64,000 bases of DNA from Candidatus Tenderia electrophaga (GTDB lineage Bacteria > Pseudomonadota > Gammaproteobacteria > Tenderiales > Tenderiaceae). A model generated the notes under the pieces. That model did not search any database and was not told where the DNA came from. It worked only from the letters and a program-made list of their open reading frames with translations. The translations under genes were made by a program, and so were the position numbers. Where the stretch lies: NCBI GenBank assembly GCA_001447805.1, contig CP013099.1, forward strand, positions 3,395,181 to 3,459,180. The letters run 5' to 3'. Of the stretch, positions 20,949 through 29,914 are shown piece after piece. How positions within the stretch are numbered: position 1 is the stretch's first letter; the number at the start of each line of letters is the position of its first letter.

Positions 20949-21806
20949 ATGACAGATTTAACTACGCCCCTGAGCATCATCGGCGCCGCCTCCGGGCTGG
21001 GGGCGCCGGACGACCGTTGTGCCGCGGGGCCGCAGGCCTTGCAGGCAGCGCTGCAACACGCCCCGGAGCCGGCCCTGGTCTGGCAGCAGACCGTCAATGC
21101 CGAGAGTCACGGCGGCGCGGCCGCCCTGGACGATTTTCTCACGCGTCTCAGCGACAGCTGCGCCGCCGTGTTGCGGGATCAGCCGCGCATCGCCGTCATC
21201 GGCGGCGATCACGCCTGTGCCATGGGGACGTGGCGCGGGGTGCGTCGCACGCTCGGTCCGGTCGGCTTGGTCTGGGTCGACGCCCATCTGGACGCCCACA
21301 CGCCCCAGACCAGCCCCAGCGGTTATCGCCACGGCATGCCCCTGGCCGACTTGCTGGGCCAGTTGGGCAGCGCCGCGGTGATCGATGCGCGCCGTCTCTG
21401 CCTGGTGGGGGTGCGCAGCTACGAAGGCGCTGAGCGCGAGTTGCTGCAGCGCCTCGGGGTACGGGTGATCACCATGGACGAGGTCGGTCGGCTCGGCCTC
21501 GGTGCCGCCATGGACGAGGCGGTAAGTATCGCCGCCGCGGGCGACCAGGTCTATGGCGTCTCCATCGATCTGGACGCCCTGGATCTGGCCGACGCCCCGG
21601 CAGTGGGCTCGCCGGTGGTGGGCGGCATTCGCGCCGCCGACCTGTTGGCCTGGCTGGCGACGCGTGCCAGTGATCCCCGGCTACGGGCATTGGAGGTGGC
21701 CGAATTCAATCCGGCCATCGACGTGCAGCAACGCACCTTGAAGCTGTTGGTGCAAATCTTAAAGACAGCTAGCGGAGCAGCACATGAACCCGACCATCGA
21801 ACTTGA
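20949..21806 (+). CDS. rocF: Arginase
   Basis: GGDH, DAHLD, SGYRHGMP, SIDLDALD, EFNP; directly upstream of ornithine aminotransferase. Confidence 0.85.
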   Translation: MTDLTTPLSIIGAASGLGAPDDRCAAGPQALQAALQHAPEPALVWQQTVNAESHGGAAALDDFLTRLSDSCAAVLRDQPRIAVIGGDHACAMGTWRGVRRTLGPVGLVWVDAHLDAHTPQTSPSGYRHGMPLADLLGQLGSAAVIDARRLCLVGVRSYEGAERELLQRLGVRVITMDEVGRLGLGAAMDEAVSIAAAGDQVYGVSIDLDALDLADAPAVGSPVVGGIRAADLLAWLATRASDPRLRALEVAEFNPAIDVQQRTLKLLVQILKTASGAAHEPDHRT

Positions 21807-22986
21807 AGAAGAGTATTGCGCCCACAACTACCTGCCCTTGCCGGTGGTGTTGGTCAGGGGCGCGGGCGTCTATGTCTGGGACGACGCGGGCAAGCGCTAT
21901 CTGGACATGATGAGCGCCTATTCCGCCGTCAGCCACGGCCATTGTCACCCGCGTCTGGTGCAGGCCTTGACTCAGCAAGCGGGCCGACTGGCCATCGTCT
22001 CACGCGCCTTTTACAGCGACAAGCTGGCGCCGTTGCTGGAACAGGCCTGCCGCATGACCGGCCAGGACATGGCCCTGCCCATGAATACCGGCGCCGAGGC
22101 GGTGGAGACGGCGCTCAAGGCGGCGCGCAAATGGGCCTACACGGTCAAGGGTGTGCCCGCCGATCAGGCCGAGATCATTGTCTGCGACGGCAACTTTCAC
22201 GGCCGTACCATCAGCATTGTGGGCTTTTCCAGCGAAGATCAGTACAAGGCCGGCTTTGGGCCCTTTCCGCCGGGGTTTACCTCAGTGCCCTTCGGCGATG
22301 TGGATGCCTTGGAGGCGGCCATCGGCCCCAACACCGCTGCCTTTCTGGTAGAACCTATCCAGGGCGAGGGCGGTATCATCGTGCCGCCGCCCGGCTATTT
22401 GAGCAAAGTGGCCAAGGTGTGTGCCGACAATGACGTGCTGCTGATCTGCGACGAAATCCAAACCGGCCTGGGGCGCACCGGCGCCTTGCTGGCCAGCACT
22501 CATGACGCCGTCAAACCGGACGGCCTGATCCTGGGCAAGGCCCTGGGCGGCGGCCTGCTGCCGGTGTCCATGTTTCTGGCCCGGCGTGAGGTGATGGAGA
22601 TGTTCCAGCCTGGCGATCACGGCAGCACCTTTGGCGGCAATCCCTTGTCCTCGGCGGTGGCCCTGGAGGGCCTGAGGGTCTTGGAAGACGAGGGCATGAT
22701 CGAGGCGGCGGCCGAAATGGGGGCCTATTTCATGGCGGCCTTGGGCGAGATCAAAAGCCCGCTGATTCAGCAGGTGCGCGGCAAGGGGCTGTTGATTGGC
22801 GTCGAGTTTTATGCCGACAAGGTGGCGGCGCGCACGATCTGCGAACGGCTTATGGACAAGGGGATTCTCAGCAAGGAGACCCATGACACCGTGGTGCGCC
22901 TGGCCCCGCCCCTGATCATCACCCGTGAGCAGATCGACGCGACGGTCGAGGCGCTGCGTCAAGTGCTCAGCGAGCTGGAAGGCTAG
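21784..22986 (+). CDS. rocD: Ornithine--oxo-acid aminotransferase
   Basis: AHNY.PLP, MSAYSAVSHGH, PMNTGAEAVE, DEIQTGLGRTG, GKALGGG, HGSTFGGNPL, KETH. Confidence 0.95.
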   Translation: MNPTIELEEEYCAHNYLPLPVVLVRGAGVYVWDDAGKRYLDMMSAYSAVSHGHCHPRLVQALTQQAGRLAIVSRAFYSDKLAPLLEQACRMTGQDMALPMNTGAEAVETALKAARKWAYTVKGVPADQAEIIVCDGNFHGRTISIVGFSSEDQYKAGFGPFPPGFTSVPFGDVDALEAAIGPNTAAFLVEPIQGEGGIIVPPPGYLSKVAKVCADNDVLLICDEIQTGLGRTGALLASTHDAVKPDGLILGKALGGGLLPVSMFLARREVMEMFQPGDHGSTFGGNPLSSAVALEGLRVLEDEGMIEAAAEMGAYFMAALGEIKSPLIQQVRGKGLLIGVEFYADKVAARTICERLMDKGILSKETHDTVVRLAPPLIITREQIDATVEALRQVLSELEG

Positions 22987-23222
22987 CCCGCGTCGTCCCC
23001 GAACATTTCAAATGCGCGCCGCGGCCGTGGCGGCAGTCCGAGGCGCCGCAAGTGGGGATGAGCACTGGGTCACGCGCGGCGTCTTTCATAAGCCTTTGAA
23101 GCTAATAAATAAATAGTTTTGTATTCAAGTTTGCCCCGGACTCGACAGCCGTCCCGCGGCAAAATCATATATAATCGATCACACGGGTAGGATATAAATG
23201 TTGTAAAAAAGAGGTGATCCTG

Positions 23223-23552
23223 ATGTCCGGAATCAGTAATCGTAGCTTCGTCTTCGATGAATGGAAGAAGTTGGCCGAAACCAATCCCAAAGCCTTTGAA
23301 TTCACCCGCCGGAAAGTGATCGACGATCTCATCAACGAGGCCAGGGCATCCGAGCGCTTGAAATGCCTGCAATGGCGTATCGATGTGGAACGCGAGCGTG
23401 CCGCCAGCCCCCTGTCCGCCTGTGTGCGGCTGTCCAATATGATGTTGAATTCCCTTTATGGCGACGGCGGCCTGGCCAAAACCCTCAATGGCACCCCGCG
23501 CAGCAAGGCCTCTGCCGAGGTGGTCAGTCTGAAAAAACAGCGCACGGAATAA
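23223..23552 (+). CDS. DUF3135-like small protein
   Basis: FDEW..LA..NP.AFE..R..L..LQWRID..R...SPL pattern. Confidence 0.75.
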   Translation: MSGISNRSFVFDEWKKLAETNPKAFEFTRRKVIDDLINEARASERLKCLQWRIDVERERAASPLSACVRLSNMMLNSLYGDGGLAKTLNGTPRSKASAEVVSLKKQRTE

Positions 23553-23698
23553 TCTAAGGGCGCCCTGTCAACCCATCTAGGGTGCCCTAAGCCCGCAGTT
23601 GCCAGCATTCTCACGCCGGGCTCATAGTATGGTGAGCAGCGGCCGTTAAAATAAGTGCATATACCTGCAGTTATGAAGAGGAGGCCCAATCGGGAGCC

Positions 23699-24865
23699 AT
23701 GGCTTGGCGAGTTGGTAGTCAGCAAGCGCAGCCCCGCGTCGGCCTCATCCTGGCCGGGGGCGGTGCCCGCGCCGCCTATCAGGTGGGGGTGCTGAAGGCG
23801 ATTGCGCGCATGCGCGCGCCCGCGGCGGTCAACCCCTTCCCGGTGTTATGCGGCACCTCGGCCGGGGCCATCAATGCCGCGGCGCTGGCCATTTATTCCG
23901 CCGATTTCCAAAACGCCGTATCGCGCCTGGTGAGCGTATGGGGCAACTTCACTGTCGACAAGGTATTCCGCAGCGATTTTTGGGGCATTGCCAGTTCGGG
24001 GGCGCACTGGTTCGCGGCGCTGATGCTGGGGGGCGTGATGGGCCGCTACAACCCGTCCTCACTGTTCGACCGCACGCCGCTGCAGCAATTGCTGAGCCGC
24101 TACATGCCCTTTGAGCAGATCGGGACCGCCATCGAGGCGGGCCATGTCCACGCCTTGAGCATCACCGCGTCCGGCTACACCACCGGCCAGTCGGTCACCT
24201 TTTATCAAAGCGCCGAGCCGATCGAGCCTTGGGATCGGGCCATTCGCGTCGGCTGTCCGGCGCAGATCGGTATCGAGCATCTGATGGCGTCCTCGGCGAT
24301 ACCTTTTTTGTTCGAGGCTATCAAGATCAACCGCGAGTATTTCGGTGACGGCTCTATGCGCCAGATTGCCCCCATCAGCCCAGCGCTGCATCTGGGCGCC
24401 GGCAAGCTGCTGGTGATCGGGGTGCGCGGCAGTGACGATGACGGCATCGACCGCGAAAAAATCATCGAATATCCCTCCATGGCCCAGATTGCCGGCCATG
24501 CCCTGAACAGCATATTTCTCGACAGCATGGAGGTCGACCTGGAACGTTTGCAACGTATTAACCGCACCTTGGAGACGGTGCCGAAGAAATATGTGGCGGA
24601 TGGTACCGTGTCGCTGAAACCGGTGGAGACGCTGGTGATCTCCCCCAGCCGCGATATCAGCAAGATCGCCCAGCAACATTCCCATCACCTGCCACGCACG
24701 GTGCGCTATTTCCTGCGCGGCCTGGGGGCCTTGAACCGGGACGGCACCAGCCTGCTGAGCTATCTGCTGTTCGAAAAGGCCTTTTGCCGCGAATTGATCG
24801 CGCTGGGATATGCCGACACCATCAAGCGCCGTGAGGAAATCACGACCTTTCTTGACGCCCAGTGA
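23699..24865 (+). CDS. Patatin-like phospholipase
   Basis: GGGARAAYQVG, GTSAG nucleophile, DGS motif. Confidence 0.93.
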   Translation: MAWRVGSQQAQPRVGLILAGGGARAAYQVGVLKAIARMRAPAAVNPFPVLCGTSAGAINAAALAIYSADFQNAVSRLVSVWGNFTVDKVFRSDFWGIASSGAHWFAALMLGGVMGRYNPSSLFDRTPLQQLLSRYMPFEQIGTAIEAGHVHALSITASGYTTGQSVTFYQSAEPIEPWDRAIRVGCPAQIGIEHLMASSAIPFLFEAIKINREYFGDGSMRQIAPISPALHLGAGKLLVIGVRGSDDDGIDREKIIEYPSMAQIAGHALNSIFLDSMEVDLERLQRINRTLETVPKKYVADGTVSLKPVETLVISPSRDISKIAQQHSHHLPRTVRYFLRGLGALNRDGTSLLSYLLFEKAFCRELIALGYADTIKRREEITTFLDAQ

Positions 24866-24875
24866 GCAATGCGGC

Positions 24876-25256
24876 TTAGGTCTGTTTCTTTTCGCTGTTG
24901 GCGATGAAGTCGCGCAAGGTCATGAAGAACACGGCGCAGTTGCGGTCCTTGGGATCGAATTGAATGCCGGTGCGAAAGGCCGGTTCGGGCGGAGCGGGTT
25001 CCAGGCCCAGGGGAATGGGGTCGCACCACACGGTGGTGCCGTTGACGCTGACACTGCGCTGGGCGTTTCTGAACACCAGCTTCACCGGGGTGCCGGGTTC
25101 GATTTCATTGGGGATCTGAATGCCGGTGCCGGAGATGGATACGTCATGGATGCGGTTTAGCACATAACGCCGGTCATAGACCTCGACATGAAAGCATTCC
25201 TCGGTATCTTCGTAGTCGAGCTGGGTGCGTTGATGCTTGCGGTCTTCGAGCGTCAT
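24876..25256 (-). CDS. Single-domain PilZ protein
   Basis: RKHQR (RxxxR) and DVSISG (DxSxxG) c-di-GMP motifs. Confidence 0.85.
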   Translation of the reverse strand: MTLEDRKHQRTQLDYEDTEECFHVEVYDRRYVLNRIHDVSISGTGIQIPNEIEPGTPVKLVFRNAQRSVSVNGTTVWCDPIPLGLEPAPPEPAFRTGIQFDPKDRNCAVFFMTLRDFIANSEKKQT

Positions 25257-25366
25257 GAGGATCCCCTTACCAATCTGCGGGCCAGTTATCGATTAGCATA
25301 GCGCAAATATGCAGTCCTAATCATAACGACTAAAGGATTTATATATATAAAACACGCCTAATATAG

Positions 25367-26839
25367 TTATCCGCCCAGACGCTCGAAACCTTTAGCCAGC
25401 AAGCGGCACAATTGGCATAGTTTTTCGTAGTCGGTCTGGTCCAGGCCGTAGTCATTGCCGTAGCGGTCGGCGTAGACAATTCCCAGCGCCCGGCCCTTGG
25501 CGCAGATGGTCATGAGGAAAAACTGGTCCGTGTCCATGAGCCGATAAAACTCAGTGGGCAACAGGGCGGTGACTTTCTGACGATTGTCGTCCTGGCAGCG
25601 CAGGGCCTGCGGTTTTTCCAGCAGCCGCTGAAACAGATTGTGATCCCGGAGCGGGATACGCAGATTGCGCAGCCCCGCCGGATTGCCGAACATGAAGCGG
25701 CTGACCAAATATTTGCGCTCGTTGTCGAGCATGGCGAAGAAGACGCGGTTGAGTTTCATGCCGTCGACAAAACCGCGTTTTATTTCGGCTATAAAGTGCG
25801 CCAGGTTGAAATCCCCGCCCAGCTGGGCCTTGGCGTTGTCAATGACCTGGTCCACGATGGCGTGATGCAGCGGCGAGAAGGGATGCTCCGGTGCCAGGCT
25901 GGCCGGCGGCGGCTGCGCCGGGCCCCGCAAAATCGGCTTGACCGGTACCGCGGTGCCCTCGATAAAGCTGTTGCGTAGCGCTTCATCCAGGCCGGGCAGG
26001 CTGGCGGCGGCTGGCACCACGCCGTAAAAGAGGGTCTCCTCGGCGGAGTGAATGGCGTTGTCGCGCACCTCCAGCATGGCCTCCTCCGGGTCGCGATGCA
26101 GGTGTCGGGCGATCTTTTCGATCAGGGCCCCCATGGCCGGCGTATCCCAGCCCCGCTGGGCAGTGACGCTCAGTTCGTGAGCCAAATGAATCTCGTACAG
26201 GCGCGGATTGATGGCCGTCTCGCCGTCATAGGCTTGCAGGCTCTGCACAATAAAGCTGGACAGTTGCCAAGCCTGCGCCAGGGCGTGTGACAGCTCCAGC
26301 AGGGTGAATCCTAGTTTGCGCCGCTGTTCCGCTTCATCATCGAGGTTGTCGAAATCCAACAGCAGGCCGTCGCCATGGACCAGGAGCAGCAAGGCCGCCA
26401 GATCGTGCAACATGGCGGCGGTGAATAACTCCTCCGGCGCCATATCGACGCGCTCGCGCGCCATACCGTAGGCCTGATAGGCGCTGTGATAGGCACGGCT
26501 CACCAGTTGCATATAAATCGCCCGAGACTCATCGTCCACGCTGTCTTCGAGGAAGCACATCGCCTCGATGCTCGCTTTCACCCTGCCCGAGCCCAGCTTC
26601 ATGGCGGCGGCGTCGACGGTATGGATTTCGTCCTGCAGGCGGCTGCGCGGCAGGGCGCAGGCGGCGCGCAATATGGCCAGGGTCAGGCCCGGATCGGTGA
26701 GCACGATATTGGAAAATTTAGCCATGGAGATGTTGTCGTAGGACCCGATCTGTTTCAGGTCCCGGCATGATTGCTTGAGCAGTGGCAGCTCACATTGGCT
26801 GAGCCGCGCAGTCCATTGCTGTAGTGAATTGTGTGACAT
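25367..26839 (-). CDS. HDOD domain protein with C-terminal GAF-like region
   Basis: W..RL...ELP, DPGLT, AMLHDL, LA.AW.L; C-terminal G..YAD. Confidence 0.82.
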   Translation of the reverse strand: MSHNSLQQWTARLSQCELPLLKQSCRDLKQIGSYDNISMAKFSNIVLTDPGLTLAILRAACALPRSRLQDEIHTVDAAAMKLGSGRVKASIEAMCFLEDSVDDESRAIYMQLVSRAYHSAYQAYGMARERVDMAPEELFTAAMLHDLAALLLLVHGDGLLLDFDNLDDEAEQRRKLGFTLLELSHALAQAWQLSSFIVQSLQAYDGETAINPRLYEIHLAHELSVTAQRGWDTPAMGALIEKIARHLHRDPEEAMLEVRDNAIHSAEETLFYGVVPAAASLPGLDEALRNSFIEGTAVPVKPILRGPAQPPPASLAPEHPFSPLHHAIVDQVIDNAKAQLGGDFNLAHFIAEIKRGFVDGMKLNRVFFAMLDNERKYLVSRFMFGNPAGLRNLRIPLRDHNLFQRLLEKPQALRCQDDNRQKVTALLPTEFYRLMDTDQFFLMTICAKGRALGIVYADRYGNDYGLDQTDYEKLCQLCRLLAKGFERLGG

Positions 26840-26924
26840 GTTGAGCGCCGCTTAAGCCTTTTTTCCCTGTTTAAATTACGGCTGGCCGCCGAGAAAGCTT
26901 TAGTTGACGGGAGGTCTGTTTTGC

Positions 26925-26951
26925 TCAAGCAAACGTGTCATGCGTCGATAT
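26925..26951 (+). promoter_or_regulatory. Putative sigma-28 (FliA) promoter of motAB
   Basis: TCAAG-N14-GTCGATAT about 40 bp upstream of the motA start; near-consensus. Confidence 0.7.
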
Positions 26952-26991
26952 GAAGTGACACGAAAAATAAAAGATACGGGACCAGCATTTA

Positions 26992-27846
26992 ATGTTAATC
27001 ATTATCGGTTTTGTCGTTGTTCTGGCGTGTGTCGCCGGAGGATTCGTCCTGTCCCATGGCAATCTGCTGTCCTTGTGGCAACCCTTCGAGCTGTTGATCA
27101 TCGGCGGTGCCGCCTTCGGCGCCTTTCTTGCCTCCAATCCGGCCAAGGTGCACAAGGCCGTGCTAAAAAACCTGCTCGGCGCTTTAAAAGGATCGAAATA
27201 TAAAAAAGCCCTCTACCTGGATTTGCTGTCACTTATGTACGATCTGCTGCAGAAGTCGCGCAAGGAAGGCATGATGGCCATCGAGGCGGATATCGAAGCG
27301 CCGAGCGAGAGTGCGCTGTTCAGCAAACACCCTAGCATCCTGGCCGATCACCATGTCGTCGAATTTATCTGCGACTACCTGCGCCTGATGGTGGGCGGCA
27401 ACATGAACCCGTTTGAACTGGAAAATCTAATGGATATCGAACTGGCCGCCCACCACAAGGAAGCGGCCATGCCGGCCGAGGCGATCACCAAAGTGGCCGA
27501 CGCCCTGCCCGGTTTCGGTATCGTCGCGGCGGTGCTGGGGATCGTCATTACCATGTCCTATATCGGCGGTGACCCCGCTACCATCGGCAGTCACGTGGCC
27601 GCCGCCCTGGTGGGCACCTTTCTCGGCATCCTGCTGGCCTATGGCTTTGTCGCGCCGCTGGCCGTCGCCATGGAGCACAACGCCCGCGAAGAGGCCAAGT
27701 TCTATGAGTGCATTAAAATCTGCCTGATGGCAGCGGTGAACGGTTACAACCCCCAGGTGGCGGTGGAGTTCGGGCGCAAGGTGATGTACGCCAGCGATCG
27801 GCCCAGCTTCATCGAGCTCGAAGAGCACGTCAAAAACAGCCAATAG
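26992..27846 (+). CDS. motA: Flagellar stator protein MotA
   Basis: WQPFE.LIIGGAA, RKEG..AIE, DALPGFGIVAAVLG, ALVGTFLGILLAYG, AVEFGRK. Confidence 0.97.
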   Translation: MLIIIGFVVVLACVAGGFVLSHGNLLSLWQPFELLIIGGAAFGAFLASNPAKVHKAVLKNLLGALKGSKYKKALYLDLLSLMYDLLQKSRKEGMMAIEADIEAPSESALFSKHPSILADHHVVEFICDYLRLMVGGNMNPFELENLMDIELAAHHKEAAMPAEAITKVADALPGFGIVAAVLGIVITMSYIGGDPATIGSHVAAALVGTFLGILLAYGFVAPLAVAMEHNAREEAKFYECIKICLMAAVNGYNPQVAVEFGRKVMYASDRPSFIELEEHVKNSQ

Positions 27847-27848
27847 TC

Positions 27849-28847
27849 ATGATCGATAAGAAACAGCCGATCATCGTCAAGAAGGTGGCCCATGGCGATC
27901 ACGGTCATCACGGCGGTTCCTGGAAGGTGGCCTTTGCCGATTTCGCCACAGCAATGATGGCCTTTTTCCTGTTGCTGTGGCTGCTCGGCGGCACCTCGGA
28001 CGAAGAGAAGGCCGCCTTGTCCGAATATTTCAGTAATCCCAGTGCCAGCGAGGGCGCGGCCATCACACCCGCCCCCAGCTCCATCAACGGGCCGGGGGGC
28101 GCCAGCACCGGTTTGATTGATTTCAACCAGATGATGCAGATCCAGCCGCAGGATAGACGCAAAAAAGAAGAGGACCTCAAGCAAACGCCTGAAACAGACA
28201 GCGAGCAGGAAAAGCGCGTTCAGGAAGAGCGCGAAGATAAGGAACGTCTCGATGAGTTGATGGAACAGCTCAAAAAGGCCGTTGAACAGAGCCAGGCACT
28301 CAAGCCCTTCAAGGATCAGTTGTTGCTCGACATTACCCCGGAAGGCCTGCGCATCCAGATCGTCGACAAGGAAAACCGACCCATGTTCGACAGCGGCAAG
28401 GCGCATCTCAAGTACTATACCGTCGACATTCTGTTCGAGCTGGCCAAGTTCATTCGTGCGGTCCCCAACCGCATCAGTATCACGGGTCATACCGATGCCG
28501 CGCGCTTTGTCGGTCGTGACGACTACAGCAACTGGGAGCTGTCCGCCGACCGTGCCAATGCCGCGCGCCGCGCCCTGGTGGACGGCGGCATGGCGCGCGC
28601 CCAGATCGGTCGCGTGGTAGGCCTGGCGTCGTCGGTGCTGTTCGACAAGGTCAACCCCTATAACCCCATAAATCGGCGTATTTCCGTGATCGTCATGAAC
28701 CAACAAACCGACGCCGCCATCGAGCGTGGCGAAGGGGTAAGTGATCAATACCTGCGCGATCGAGCGGATGCCAAACGCGGCAAGTTCACTGAACTGCCTA
28801 TGGATATCCTGGAGTCCGGCAGCGCCGACATCGATCTGGACATGTAA
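27849..28847 (+). CDS. motB: Flagellar stator protein MotB
   Basis: HHGGSWKVAFADFATAMMAFFL; OmpA-C domain GHTD, NWELSADRA, NRRI. Confidence 0.97.
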   Translation: MIDKKQPIIVKKVAHGDHGHHGGSWKVAFADFATAMMAFFLLLWLLGGTSDEEKAALSEYFSNPSASEGAAITPAPSSINGPGGASTGLIDFNQMMQIQPQDRRKKEEDLKQTPETDSEQEKRVQEEREDKERLDELMEQLKKAVEQSQALKPFKDQLLLDITPEGLRIQIVDKENRPMFDSGKAHLKYYTVDILFELAKFIRAVPNRISITGHTDAARFVGRDDYSNWELSADRANAARRALVDGGMARAQIGRVVGLASSVLFDKVNPYNPINRRISVIVMNQQTDAAIERGEGVSDQYLRDRADAKRGKFTELPMDILESGSADIDLDM

Positions 28848-29022
28848 TCCGACAGGCGCCTAGGCGCGCCCTGCATTTTCATGTTCTCATGCGGTCTAAT
28901 TCACTACACTTCAAGAGTCAAAGGATTGTGATTGCCGGCTAGAGAAATCCTGTTTTAACCCGATACTTACCCATGGGGTGCAGTAACCCCGCCGGGACTT
29001 GGCTGGAATTAGGGAGCGTTGA

Positions 29023-29895
29023 TTGAAAATGGGTGTGAAGGCGTGGTTGGTCGACAAGCTGGTCGACTGGCTCAACAGCGAGGATGAGCAACGTGATATT
29101 CCCCTGTGCGATTTCGATCGCCTGAGCTTCGAGATCAGGCCGTGCGATGTATTGCTGGTGGAGGGGCGCAACCGTATCAGTAACTTTATCAAGACCATTA
29201 CGCTCAGTTCCTGGACCCATTCGGCGCTGTACATCGGCCGTCTGCACGACATTGAAGATGCAGAGTTGAAGGACATCATCCGGCGTCATTATGACGGCGA
29301 TCCGACCGACCAGTTGCTGATAGAACCCTTGCTGGGGCAGGGCACGGTGATCTCGCCCTTGTCCAAGTATAAAGACGATCATTTGCGTATTTGCCGCCCG
29401 CGCGGCCTGTCGCGCCAAGACGTGCGGCAGGTCGTGAGAGAGGCGGTGGGCTATTTTGGGCGCGAATACGATATTCGTCACCTGTTCGATCTGGCGCGTT
29501 TCATCTTTCCCTACGGCATGGTGCCGCGGCGTTGGCGCTCGACCCTGTTCGAACATAATGCCGGCACCCAGGCCAAGACCGTGTGTTCCACCATGATCGC
29601 CGAGGTCTTCGCCGCGGTGCACTACCCGGTGCTGCCGGTGATTCATCGTACCGAAGACGGCGGTCTGAAACTGTACAAGCGCAACACGCGCCTGTATACG
29701 CCGCGTGATTTTGACTACTCGCCCTATTTCGAGGTCATCAAATACCCGCTCCTGGGTTTCGGTGACGCGGCGGTCTACCGCCAGTTGCCCTGGGATCAGG
29801 AGGGGGTGGTCTGTAACGCCGCGGGCGAGTGTTACGCCGCCGACGGCAAACGTGTGCATCACACGGTGATTGAGGTCAGCAAACAGGCTGGTTAA
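29023..29895 (+). CDS. YiiX/YebB-like permuted papain-like (NlpC/P60) hydrolase
   Basis: DVLLVEG, WTHSALY (His before Cys), G.EYD, VCSTMIA..F, PRDFD. Confidence 0.8.
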   Translation: MKMGVKAWLVDKLVDWLNSEDEQRDIPLCDFDRLSFEIRPCDVLLVEGRNRISNFIKTITLSSWTHSALYIGRLHDIEDAELKDIIRRHYDGDPTDQLLIEPLLGQGTVISPLSKYKDDHLRICRPRGLSRQDVRQVVREAVGYFGREYDIRHLFDLARFIFPYGMVPRRWRSTLFEHNAGTQAKTVCSTMIAEVFAAVHYPVLPVIHRTEDGGLKLYKRNTRLYTPRDFDYSPYFEVIKYPLLGFGDAAVYRQLPWDQEGVVCNAAGECYAADGKRVHHTVIEVSKQAG

Positions 29896-29914
29896 CAGCG
29901 AGAAGGAAATCGAT

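Noticed and set aside
23557..23588. Twin palindromes AGGGCGCCCT / AGGGTGCCCT
   Set aside because: Most simply a 3' hairpin of the DUF3135 gene; no other copies seen
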